Source: Acidimicrobiia bacterium
Lineage (GTDB): Bacteria; Actinomycetota; Acidimicrobiia; Spongiisociales; SHLN01
DNA: 46,934 bases
Assembly (NCBI GenBank): GCA_041619515.1
Contig: JBFKDW010000013.1
Location: forward strand, 1-46,934
Direction: 5' to 3'
This document shows, in pieces, positions 37,304 through 45,453 of this stretch. Position 1 is the stretch's first letter; each line of letters opens with the position of its first letter. The notes beneath the pieces were generated by a model. That model was not told the origin of the DNA. It did no database searches and saw only the letters and a list, made by a program, of their open reading frames with translations. Position numbers and translations under genes: made by a program.

Positions 37304-37666
37304 GTGCCGGTTGTCGAGATCGAGATCGTAGGAGCCGGGCCGCTCCGCGCTGGGCTGGCGGCCGAGCTGGCTGCCGGCCTTGCAGGGGCCATGGGATCCC
37401 GGCCGGGTGGCACATGGGTGAGGCTGCGCCGCCTGGATCGGGGTGACTACGCCGAGGGGGACGGTGGCCCGCCCGCAGGAGTGGATCCGATCTTCGTCAC
37501 GGTCCTGCGAGCCGACGTCCCGCCGGAAGCGGTGCTCCGGGAGGAGGCCCGGGAGGTAGCCCGTACGGTGGCATCGGTGTGTGATCGTCCCGTCGAGAAC
37601 GTCCATGTCTTCTACCAGCCGCCGGGTCGCGGCCGGGTGGCGTTCGGGGGAGAGCTGCGGGAGTGA
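37304..37666 (+). CDS. Tautomerase superfamily protein (Pro-1, fused beta-alpha-beta)
   Basis: GGGAGGGAG RBS, GTG 37304 gives (M)PVVEIEIV; second unit PIFVTV...RPVENVHVFY; C-terminal VAFGG. Confidence 0.75.
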   Translation: MPVVEIEIVGAGPLRAGLAAELAAGLAGAMGSRPGGTWVRLRRLDRGDYAEGDGGPPAGVDPIFVTVLRADVPPEAVLREEAREVARTVASVCDRPVENVHVFYQPPGRGRVAFGGELRE

Positions 37667-37705
37667 TGCGGGCGTCGCACGGCGCCCGATCGCCGGCGAG
37701 CGCCG

Positions 37706-38482
37706 TCAGCCGTACACCGTGGTCAGGAAGCTCCCGAGCAGCTCATTGAAGACATCAGGCTGTTCCAAGCTCGGCAGGTGGGCGGCACCGTCTACCACCG
37801 CCAGCCGGGCGCCCGGAATCCGGTCTGCCATGACCTCGGCCGCCACCTTGAAGTCGGGCTGGTCGTGGGCGCCGACGACGACGAGAGTGGGAGCCGACAC
37901 CTCCTCGAGATGGTCGACGGCGGGCCTCGGCGGGTCGGCCTCGTCACCCTCTCCGTGCGCGTACGAGGCCAGCAGCATGGTTGCCACCAGGTCGCGCAGT
38001 TCCCGCGGCACGTCGGCGGCCTCCCGTGCGGGTCCGACCAGCCACATCTCGGTCTCGACGGTGGCGGCGCCCGTGAAATCGCCCCGCTCGTACGCCGCTT
38101 CGGCCGCCGCCCACCCTTCCCGGGTGATCGGATCGGTCACCCGATAGCCGCTGGGAACACAGTCGATGACCACCAGTGCCGCCACCAGATCGGGTGCTGC
38201 CAGCGCCAGGTCGAGCAATGCGGTCCCACCCATGGAGCAGCCGATCCAGGCAGCGCCTGCGATGCCGAGATCGTCCGCCAGCTCCCGTAAGTCGGCGGCG
38301 TGGGCGAACGACTGGGTGGGCACCGGCGTATCGCCAAATCCCCGCAGGTCGGGCACGATCACCCGATAGTCGGCGGCAAATCGCTCTACCTGCGGCGCCC
38401 ACATGCGGCCGTCGGCTACGCCGGCGTGTACCAGCACGATGGGCGGGCCGTGCCCCGTCTCCGAGAAGGACAGGCCGTTCAC
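37706..38482 (-). CDS. Alpha/beta hydrolase
   Basis: LVHAG, PDLRGFG, nucleophile elbow GCSMGG, GAHD, AAHLP. Confidence 0.9.
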   Translation of the reverse strand: MNGLSFSETGHGPPIVLVHAGVADGRMWAPQVERFAADYRVIVPDLRGFGDTPVPTQSFAHAADLRELADDLGIAGAAWIGCSMGGTALLDLALAAPDLVAALVVIDCVPSGYRVTDPITREGWAAAEAAYERGDFTGAATVETEMWLVGPAREAADVPRELRDLVATMLLASYAHGEGDEADPPRPAVDHLEEVSAPTLVVVGAHDQPDFKVAAEVMADRIPGARLAVVDGAAHLPSLEQPDVFNELLGSFLTTVYG

Positions 38483-39000
38483 CGCGAGGCCTCGCTGCGA
38501 TGCAGCCCGAACACTCGCAGGCGCTTGCCCCCCGGTCGGACGGTGTCTCGTTCATACGCCATGCCGACTCGTCCGGCTACCCGTGCAGAAGCTTCGTTGT
38601 CGCGGTGGATCATCGAAATGACGTGGTCGAGGTCCCGGTTGGAGAAGGCATAGTCGACGATGCCCGCAGCTGCTTCGGTGGCGTACCCGTTGCCCCACGC
38701 CGCTCGAGCGAGGATGTAGATGACCTCGTATTCGCCAACTCCGTCGACTTCCTTTGGCACAAGCCCGCAGTAACCGACCACTTGCTCAGTCGCACGCAGC
38801 TCGAGCGGCCAGAGGTCGGTGGGATTCGGCTCGGCTGCCGCTTCCTCCTGCATCTCGGCGACCATCGCGTCGAAGTCTCTGGGACCGCCGAGATGCGTCA
38901 TCACGGCCGGATCACTGAAGATGGACGCCAGAACCTCGGCGTCACCGGAACGGGGATGGCGCAGGCGAAGCCGCGCAGTCTCGACGAAGACGTGATCCAT
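38479..39000 (-). CDS. GNAT (RimJ/RimL-like) N-acetyltransferase
   Basis: ATG 39000; ETARLRLR, WGNGYATEAA, NEASARVA. Confidence 0.88.
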   Translation of the reverse strand: MDHVFVETARLRLRHPRSGDAEVLASIFSDPAVMTHLGGPRDFDAMVAEMQEEAAAEPNPTDLWPLELRATEQVVGYCGLVPKEVDGVGEYEVIYILARAAWGNGYATEAAAGIVDYAFSNRDLDHVISMIHRDNEASARVAGRVGMAYERDTVRPGGKRLRVFGLHRSEASR

Positions 39001-39106
39001 CTGGCCATTCAAGCGGCTTGCGCAACGGGCGGAGGGCTCTCGCTCACCAGCGCGTGGCGATCGCTCGCCATGCGGTATCATGCCGACGTTCCACAAGGTT
39101 TCAGAA

Positions 39107-39331
39107 ATGCTCGAATCCCTACTACTCGCCTTTCATATGCTCGTTGCCATCGGCCTCATCGTCCTGGTGTTGCTGCACTCCGCCAAGGGCGGCGGGATGT
39201 CTGACATGTTTGGCGGCGGGATGGGCCCGATGAGCCAGGTTCCGGTGATGGAACGCAACCTGGACCGCCTCACCATCGCCGTGGCGATCGTGTTCGGGAT
39301 CACGACTCTCTGGCTCACCATCATCCGCTGA
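39107..39331 (+). CDS. secG: Preprotein translocase subunit SecG
   Basis: LIVLVLLHSAKGGGMSDMFGGG...MERNLDRLT, two TM helices; precedes tRNA-Leu. Confidence 0.95.
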   Translation: MLESLLLAFHMLVAIGLIVLVLLHSAKGGGMSDMFGGGMGPMSQVPVMERNLDRLTIAVAIVFGITTLWLTIIR

Positions 39332-39338
39332 GCCGCCC

Positions 39339-39367
39339 TCGGCCGGGCACTGCCCGGCCGATATACT
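39339..39367 (+). promoter_or_regulatory. Hairpin after secG adjoining the tRNA -10 element
   Basis: TCGGCCGGGCA-C-TGCCCGGCCGA (39339-39361) followed by TATACT (39362-39367), 11 nt before the tRNA. Confidence 0.6.
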
Positions 39368-39378
39368 CACTCGTCCAC

Positions 39379-39463
39379 GTCGGAGTGGCGGAATTGGTAG
39401 ACGCGCTAGGTTGAGGGCCTAGTGGGCTAATAGCCCGTGGAGGTTCGAGTCCTCTCTCCGACA
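39379..39463 (+). tRNA. tRNA-Leu(GAG)
   Basis: Acceptor GTCGGAG/CTCCGAC+A, D-loop GGAATTGGTAGAC, anticodon arm CTAGG-TTGAGGG-CCTAG, long variable arm GGGCTAATAGCCC, T-loop GTTCGAGTC; followed by CCG rather than CCA. Confidence 0.97.
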
Positions 39464-39466
39464 CCG

Positions 39467-39492
39467 GGAACTCGCCTACGGCGAGTTCCTTT
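39467..39492 (+). terminator. tRNA-Leu terminator hairpin
   Basis: GGAACTCGCC-TAC-GGCGAGTTCC-TTT. Confidence 0.8.
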
Positions 39493-39542
39493 GCAGTTTG
39501 GCTTGGCCAGAACTGTTGGGCAAGGCCGGCTTCCGCCCCACC

Positions 39543-39839
39543 TCATCGAGTGTGACATTGAGCTTCGGCGCGCGGCGAGCACGTCGAGTCCCGCCGATCT
39601 GTGTCAATTCGAGGCTCAGGCCCCTGCGGAATCGCGATGCGATGTGCCGTCGGGAGGATGAAAGTCGCGTCGTAGTGGCGCTTTGGAGGGGCTACGTAGA
39701 CGATCTCTTCCCAGTTCATTCCTACCGACGACTCGCTGAAGATGGGATCGTCGAACGGGAGGAATACGAATCGTTTTGGCCAGGTCTCGGCCATCAGTCG
39801 GAACAGGTCCTCGTCCGGTGAGGCGTCGACGTCATCCAT
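39543..39839 (-). pseudogene. Short ORF, possibly the C-terminal remnant of a larger gene
   Basis: 98 aa with no clear RBS; ...RFVFLPF...PPKRHYDATFILP loosely resembles an erythromycin-esterase-family C-terminus; bounded by att-core copies. Confidence 0.3.
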
Positions 39840-39866
39840 GGTGACTGTTGCCGGCCCGCGCTACCG

Positions 39867-39885
39867 GTTCTCCGACACTTGCAGT
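39867..39885 (+). repeat. att-core copy 2 (tRNA-Leu 3' end)
   Basis: GTTCTCCGACAC followed directly by TTGCAGT, i.e. the tRNA tail with the terminator hairpin missing; intergenic. Confidence 0.65.
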
Positions 39886-39902
39886 ACCGCCGTCCGTTGC
39901 AG

Positions 39903-41159
39903 TCAGGCCCGAGCCGCGATGGCCTCCGCGATGAACCGGGCGTCCTCGTCGATACCGTGGATGATCCCAGACTTGCGTGAGTGCAGCCACGGGAAACCGA
40001 TGAAGTAGATCCCGGGAACGGGGGAGATTCCTCTCATGTGCAGAGGCCGCCCGGCATCGTCTATCACGTCGACGTGGATCCAGTCGAAGTTGGCGGTGAA
40101 ACCGGTGCACCATATGACCGATCCGACACCGGCCTCCATGAGGTCCAGTTGCGTTATTCCCGACTCGGCAACTTCTGGGCCGGCGGGATCGTCGTTTGGG
40201 TCATCCTCGATTGGCTCCGCGCTGACACCGTTGGAGGAGATCCAATCTTCGATCATCCTGGTGAACTCCGCGGAGCGCTCGTCTGCGAAGTCGACGTACT
40301 CAGCGAGGCGGTCGTCCGTCTTGAGCACACCCCCGTCCACGTCGCTGAGGCGGCCCATCAGACGGACACCAGCACGGGCCATCGACTGCAAACTGAGGGT
40401 GCTCCCGAATCGTCCCAACCCGGACACCTGCGGCTGGGCGGCGAACTGCATCGCAGGATCCGGGAGCTCATCTACCGCAACATCCCAGAACCCCACGTCC
40501 TCCAACCATTCCACGATGTCCCGGTGTCGATACCGTCGGCGGATGCGCGCCACCTTGCTGGTGCAAAGGTAGACGTCCCGGCCGGTGTGGATCAGCTCCT
40601 CGCATATCTGGCATCCCGACTGTCCCGCCCCGATGACAACGACCGCCCCCGGCGGCAATGCATCCGGTGACCGATAGTCGGATGCATGGAGCTGGAGGAT
40701 CGACTCGGGGAACTGCGCTCGGATTTCCGGGATCTTGGGCGCCTGCATGATCCCGGAAGCCACCACGACGTTTGCGGCCACGACGATACCCACCACCCCG
40801 GCAGCGTCTTGGTAGGTGACACGAAAGCCGCCGCTGCCAGCGTCCAAACTGGTCACACGGACTCCTTCCGTCACCGGGAGCTCGAACTTGGCCGCATAGC
40901 GCTCGAAGTAGTCGATGAGTTCGTCGCGGTGATAGAAGCCGTCGGGTTCGTCACCCTCGTATGGGTCGCCGGGCAGACCGTTCGCCCAGTTTGGCGTGTT
41001 GACGGTAAACGAATCCCAGCGCTGAGAGCGCCAGGTATCGCCGACGTGCCCGCGCTCATAGATGATGAACTTCCTGTCGGCGGCTCGGAGGTAATAGCCG
41101 ATACCCAGACCGGCCTGCCCGCCGCCGATGACGACAACATCGAAGTCGTTCCGTCTCAT
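39903..41159 (-). CDS. Flavin-containing monooxygenase-like oxidoreductase (CzcO/MSMEG_0569-like)
   Basis: IGGGQAG, WRSQRWDSF, QLHASDYR, IGAGQSG, VIWCTGF; ATG 41159. Confidence 0.88.
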   Translation of the reverse strand: MRRNDFDVVVIGGGQAGLGIGYYLRAADRKFIIYERGHVGDTWRSQRWDSFTVNTPNWANGLPGDPYEGDEPDGFYHRDELIDYFERYAAKFELPVTEGVRVTSLDAGSGGFRVTYQDAAGVVGIVVAANVVVASGIMQAPKIPEIRAQFPESILQLHASDYRSPDALPPGAVVVIGAGQSGCQICEELIHTGRDVYLCTSKVARIRRRYRHRDIVEWLEDVGFWDVAVDELPDPAMQFAAQPQVSGLGRFGSTLSLQSMARAGVRLMGRLSDVDGGVLKTDDRLAEYVDFADERSAEFTRMIEDWISSNGVSAEPIEDDPNDDPAGPEVAESGITQLDLMEAGVGSVIWCTGFTANFDWIHVDVIDDAGRPLHMRGISPVPGIYFIGFPWLHSRKSGIIHGIDEDARFIAEAIAARA

Positions 41160-41350
41160 CGGTTGCCCCCCATTCTGATAAGGAGCAACCTGAGCGATCA
41201 CCCGGGACACGAACCATACAGGGAAGGACACCGCTGCCGTTACGAAACCCTCGAATCACTCGCGTGGTACGTCCCGTTTCAGGGCCGGCATTTGCTGGTT
41301 AGCTTCACTTATTGTTACCCGGCGCGAATGACCACGGGTGTGGACGACTT

Positions 41351-41437
41351 CTGCAGTCTCCACGCGTTGCCCAAGTGCGAAATCAGTTCTCCGACACGGG
41401 GAACTCGCTTACGGCGAGTTCCTTTGCAGTTTTGGCT
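41351..41437 (+). repeat. attR-like junction: 37-bp arm, tRNA-Leu 3' core and duplicated terminator
   Basis: 41388-41437 matches 39455-39503 (2 mismatches, 1 indel); 41351-41397 matches 43314-43361 (4 mismatches, 1 indel). Confidence 0.9.
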
Positions 41438-41469
41438 CCGCCAAACTGCTGCATCGACTGCGGGGTTGC

Positions 41470-41850
41470 CTATGTCTCGCAGCCGCAGCTGCTTCTGATG
41501 ACTAGCTCGACGTCGAGTGTGGTCGGGGCCGGTTTCGCTTTGCCGGTTTGGGTCTCGCGGATACGTTGGACTGCAATGTCGTTTGGGATATCTCGGTCGA
41601 ATTCTCTGGCTGCCTGGTACGCGCCGACGGCCAGTTGGTCAGAAGTGGCAGTGATTGCAGTTGGTGGGTCTTCGTCCTCAAGTATCTCTCGTGCTGCTTG
41701 ATGCAATCCTGTGATCCGGGCTGCCCCCTGGCCGTGCTCACTAGGTGCAGCCGATATGTGGATGCGACAGGCCCCCGATTGAAGGAACTCGGTCTCCCCG
41801 AATCCGGCGTTCTGCGCGGAAGAGGCTGCTCGCCGGTCATCACATCCTGA
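41470..41850 (-). pseudogene. Degenerate C-terminal remnant of a LacI-family regulator
   Basis: AAREILEDEDPPTAITATSDQLAVGAYQAARE..RDIPNDIAV and ELVIRSSCG are LacI sugar-binding-domain motifs; no HTH and internal segments are missing; 5' boundary approximate. Confidence 0.75.
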
Positions 41851-41888
41851 CACCATCCGGACGGTAGTCGCCGGTACGCTCTTGCTTC

Positions 41889-43094
41889 GTGAGTGATCTG
41901 ACTGACCCCGATCCCGAGGCCGAGCAATCCGACTGGGAGGAGTTCCTAGCGACACCCGATCCCTTCACGCGCGCTCCCCGGCTGGTCATCGGCACCCGTG
42001 CCCTCGCGATCATTGCCGTGGCCGGGGCGGTGCTTGTTGTGATCGGCCTGATCGTGCTGTGGCCGGGGCAGAGCTACCGCGAGCAGTCGAACGACCTGGA
42101 CGACTTCGTGGTGGCTGAGTCATACGAGGCCAAGGTCATCGACATCAGGCCGGGTCCGTGCGAGAACTGCATCGAGGTGACGTTTGTGATGACCGCCGGG
42201 CCCGACGAGGACCGGCTCGTCGAACAGGTGTTCTCCGTGTCGCCCATTGTCGACTTCGATCTCGGCGATCGGGTGATCATGGGCTACCGCCCTGACGTCG
42301 ACCCGGATTTCCAGTATCAGTTCTTCGACCGGCAACGGCGCAGCGTTCTCGTGTGGGTGGCGCTCTTGTTTGCCGCCGCCGTGGTCTTGCTCGGTCGTCT
42401 GCGGGGAGTGGCCGCTCTCGCCGGCCTCCTCGCCAGCCTTGGGCTGCTCTTCTGGTTCGTCCTTCCGGCCATTCTCGATGGCAAGCCGCCGGTGATGGTG
42501 GCGGTGGTGGGAGCAGCGGCGATCGCCTATCTGGCGCTCTACGTCGCGCACGGATTCCGGCCGTTGACGACCGTGGCGCTTGTCGGCACGCTGAGTGCCC
42601 TCGTATTGACGGTGCTGCTCTCGTGGCTCGTGGTCGAAGGAGCGCAGCTCACCGGGTTTGCATCAGAGGAAGCCAGCTACCTCACGCTCTTCTCCGTGGA
42701 GCTCGACTTCCGGGGCCTGGTGCTCGCCGGCATCGTTCTTGGAGCCATGGGGGCGCTGGACGATGTCACTGTGACCCAGGCTTCGGCCGTCTGGGAGCTG
42801 CGGGCGGCCGATCCCACCATGTCGGCAAGCGACCTGTTCCGGGCCGGGCTGCGAATCGGGCGCGACCACATTGCTTCTACTGTGAACACGCTGGTGCTGG
42901 CCTATTCCGGCGCGGCGCTTCCTCTACTTGCCCTGTTCGTCCTCTCTGAGCAGTCACTGGGGTCCCTGGCGAACTCTGAGGCGGTAGCCACCGAGATCAT
43001 CCGAACCCTGGTGGGCTCGATTGGGTTGGTGGCGGCGGTGCCGCTCACCACGTGGCTAGCGGCCCATGCCGTGGCCGCGGCTACGGAGCGCTAG
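41889..43094 (+). CDS. YibE/F family membrane protein
   Basis: GALDDVTVTQAS, GRDHIASTVNTLVLAYSGAALP, EIIRTLVGSIG. Confidence 0.92.
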   Translation: MSDLTDPDPEAEQSDWEEFLATPDPFTRAPRLVIGTRALAIIAVAGAVLVVIGLIVLWPGQSYREQSNDLDDFVVAESYEAKVIDIRPGPCENCIEVTFVMTAGPDEDRLVEQVFSVSPIVDFDLGDRVIMGYRPDVDPDFQYQFFDRQRRSVLVWVALLFAAAVVLLGRLRGVAALAGLLASLGLLFWFVLPAILDGKPPVMVAVVGAAAIAYLALYVAHGFRPLTTVALVGTLSALVLTVLLSWLVVEGAQLTGFASEEASYLTLFSVELDFRGLVLAGIVLGAMGALDDVTVTQASAVWELRAADPTMSASDLFRAGLRIGRDHIASTVNTLVLAYSGAALPLLALFVLSEQSLGSLANSEAVATEIIRTLVGSIGLVAAVPLTTWLAAHAVAAATER

Positions 43095-43313
43095 TGCTCT
43101 CACGACTATTCCTTGCGCGGTTGGGGTCGTGCTGCTTGGGCTTGTGGTCGTTCCCATCGTTGGTGTCGTTGGGAGCGGACTCGTCTGCGTTCCCGTCGCT
43201 GGTGCCTCGAGGCCCTCACGGCTCCCAACCCAGCAGCACCAGATCCGGCACCATCTGGCGGCCGGAGGTGCCGCGATTGCGGCGTCTCGACAAGCCACAA
43301 CCGTGATTCAGGC

Positions 43314-43362
43314 CTGCAGTCTCCACGCGTTATCAAAGCGCGAAAATCAGTTCTCCGACACC
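43314..43362 (+). repeat. attR-like junction: arm plus tRNA-Leu 3' core
   Basis: CTGCAGTCTCCACGCGTT...AAATCAGTTCTCCGACACC, a copy of 41351-41397. Confidence 0.88.
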
Positions 43363-43450
43363 GCGAGTTGGCAACGCCGGCTTCAGCCCCACGTCATCGA
43401 AGTGTGACGGTTAGTCTCGGCGCGCCGGCGGCCTTCACGATTGGAGGGGC

Positions 43451-43909
43451 GTGCGAGTACGGGTTGAAACAGTGGTTGACACGGAATTGGAACCGGGCGT
43501 GATCCGTGACGCCTTGCTTGACTTCACCGATCGACGGCTTGATCTTTGGCCGCAACTCGATCCTGACACCTACCGGGTTCATTGGGTAGAGGAGACATCT
43601 GCAGAGGTAACTGAGGGAAGCCCGCGCCCGAAGGTGTGGTCACGGGAGCACTACGACTGGTCGCACCCAACCACCATCACCTGGACCGCAGTCGAGTCGA
43701 ACTTCTGTAAACCCGGTAGCCACATCTCGATGGACATCACGCCGCACGCCACGGGCGGCAGCCGGGTGGCAGTCATCTGGGATCGCACGGCTGCGAGTCT
43801 CAAGGGTCGCGTCGCCCTCGGCGTGATCTCTGTTGGGGGAAGCCGCCTGTTGAGATGGGCAACCCGCAAGTCACTACGCGATCTCGCAAAGAACTCCGAC
43901 AAGGGATAA
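43451..43909 (+). CDS. SRPBCC/polyketide-cyclase-like protein
   Basis: GGAGG RBS; DALLDFTDRRLDLWPQL..AEVTEGS..WSREHYDWS..VESNFCKPGS pattern of actinobacterial SRPBCC proteins. Confidence 0.75.
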   Translation: MRVRVETVVDTELEPGVIRDALLDFTDRRLDLWPQLDPDTYRVHWVEETSAEVTEGSPRPKVWSREHYDWSHPTTITWTAVESNFCKPGSHISMDITPHATGGSRVAVIWDRTAASLKGRVALGVISVGGSRLLRWATRKSLRDLAKNSDKG

Positions 43910-44247
43910 CCACTCGATATGACAAGAACGGACCGCTCAGGGATGCCGTTATACCTCGTTCTCTTTCGCTTCCCCCATCCGGCCGGCCGGCGAGGACACC
44001 TCCAGATGACCAACGTGACCGTTCTCGATCATGCCAGGACTCGCTGGCAGCCAGTGCGTTCCTAGTTGCCGTATTCGGCTAGGCTGGCCCCATTGCACGA
44101 TCATCGTGCTTCGCCTCGCTCTGCTTCTGTCGTTCCGTCGGGTGTCGCTGCGGAGTAGTTCGGTTCACCGGGTCGGTCTGGCCCGAAGCCGGGTTACTCG
44201 GTTCGCTGGGTGTCACACATCGACGGTCCCGCTCAAAGGAGCATGCA

Positions 44248-44502
44248 ATGTCCACCAACATCTATGTAGGAAACCTCTCGTTTTCGACCGACTCGACCGA
44301 TTTGGAGCGTTTGTTCGCCGAGCATGGCGCGGTCACCAAAGCACAGGTGATTGCTGATCGCGATACCGGCCGTTCACGCGGTTTTGGCTTTGTCGAGATG
44401 GCATCGTCCGAGGCTGCCCAGAAGGCAATCGACTCGCTCAACGGCACCAACGTCGAGGGGCGCAGCCTCAAAGTCAACATCGCCAAGGAGCGGTCCCGCT
44501 GA
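44248..44502 (+). CDS. Single-domain RRM RNA-binding protein
   Basis: RNP2 IYVGNL, RNP1 RGFGFVEM, DRDTGRS, GRSLKVNIA; AAGGAG RBS. Confidence 0.95.
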   Translation: MSTNIYVGNLSFSTDSTDLERLFAEHGAVTKAQVIADRDTGRSRGFGFVEMASSEAAQKAIDSLNGTNVEGRSLKVNIAKERSR

Positions 44503-44613
44503 ACTATTTTCCCGACGTCGGGAACAGCGGTTTGCTATGGGGCGCCGGCATGGAGCTGACCACGGTCGCTCCACGCTCGGCGCCTCGCCGCGTCACGCCT
44601 GATCCCGTCATTC

Positions 44614-44868
44614 ATGGGTAGGAGTGGAGGCGAAGCCGTCGCAAAACGAGCGAGGGAGCGAGCCCGGCAGGCCAAGAAGGTTGCCAAGCAAGCCAAGCGT
44701 GAAGCCCGGGCAGAGGACATCACCGGCATGTCAGCCACCACCGAATCAGCGCTCATGGAGGAGTTCGCCAAGCTCAGCGCCGACTACGACGCCAGCCTGA
44801 TGAGCCACGACAGTTACGTCGCTGAGCGACTCCGAATCTTCACAGAACTCGGAATCGGAACCGACTGA
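44614..44868 (+). CDS. Small hypothetical protein (basic N-terminal helix, acidic C-terminus)
   Basis: 84 aa, KRARERARQAKKVAKQAKREAR; co-oriented downstream of the RRM gene. Confidence 0.65.
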   Translation: MGRSGGEAVAKRARERARQAKKVAKQAKREARAEDITGMSATTESALMEEFAKLSADYDASLMSHDSYVAERLRIFTELGIGTD

Positions 44869-44900
44869 CGATCTCGCTCCCCGCCAGCGAGCGCTCGCTC

Positions 44901-44918
44901 CCGCAGTCTCCACCCGTT
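44901..44918 (+). repeat. Isolated degenerate copy of the junction arm
   Basis: CCGCAGTCTCCACCCGTT, 16/18 identical to CTGCAGTCTCCACGCGTT; intergenic, no att core follows. Confidence 0.55.
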
Positions 44919-45013
44919 CCACGCCACCGGCAGCCGTAGCAGGCGCCTGCGGTGGTTGCGGCGGTAGTCTTGGGCTGCCCGGCGGTGATTCATTCGAGGC
45001 AACCGGGAGTTCC

Positions 45014-45453
45014 ATGCCGCTCTACCTGGACATTCATCGAACCTGACCGATGCCACACCGCCCAGCATCCGCGAAGGGCACGTCGCCGACCTCGAGGCCC
45101 AGGAAGCCTACGGCGTGAAGTACCTCAAGTATTGGTTCGATGAAGCACGGGGCACGGTCTGCTGCCTGGTGGAGGCCCCCGATCAGGAAGCCTGCGATGC
45201 CGTCCATCGCAAAGCCCACGGCCTGGTAGCGGACGAGATCATCAGCGTCGAGAGCGATTTGATCACAGCGTTCCTGGGCGGGGGCAGCCAAGACGAGCTC
45301 GGCGCCGCCCTCGGCTCGGCCGGTGAGCAAGACACTGCATTTCGCACCCTCATGTTCACCGATATCGTGGGATCCACTGCTCTGGGGGACCAGCTCGGTG
45401 ACGCCGAACTGCATCGCCTGCTCCAGATCAACGATCGGCTGAGGGCGGGCTGA
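45014..45453 (+). pseudogene. DUF4242 (SCO4226-like) domain fused to a truncated class III nucleotide cyclase; frameshifted
   Basis: MPLYLDIHR, then a -1 shift near 45040 restores NLTDAT..GHVADLEAQEAYGVKYLKYWFDE..CLVEAP..VHRKAHG; continues into RTLMFTDIVGST and stops about 30 aa later. Confidence 0.85.

Noticed and set aside
43095..43313. Short ORFs between yibE/F and the att arm
   Set aside because: Several overlapping low-complexity frames with no convincing start or motif; may be a gene remnant but cannot be supported.
39455..43362. Repeats as a CRISPR array or integron attC sites
   Set aside because: Spacing is 0.4-2 kb, the repeat is the tRNA 3' end, there are no cas or intI genes, and no RYYYAAC...GTTRRRY attC structure is seen.
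43894..43901. CTCCGACA near the SRPBCC stop as a fifth att core
   Set aside because: Only 8 bp, inside coding sequence and without the arm; plausible by chance at this GC content.
45035..45046. Programmed -1 frameshift in the DUF4242 gene
   Set aside because: No X XXY YYZ slippery heptamer, and the gene is also truncated downstream.
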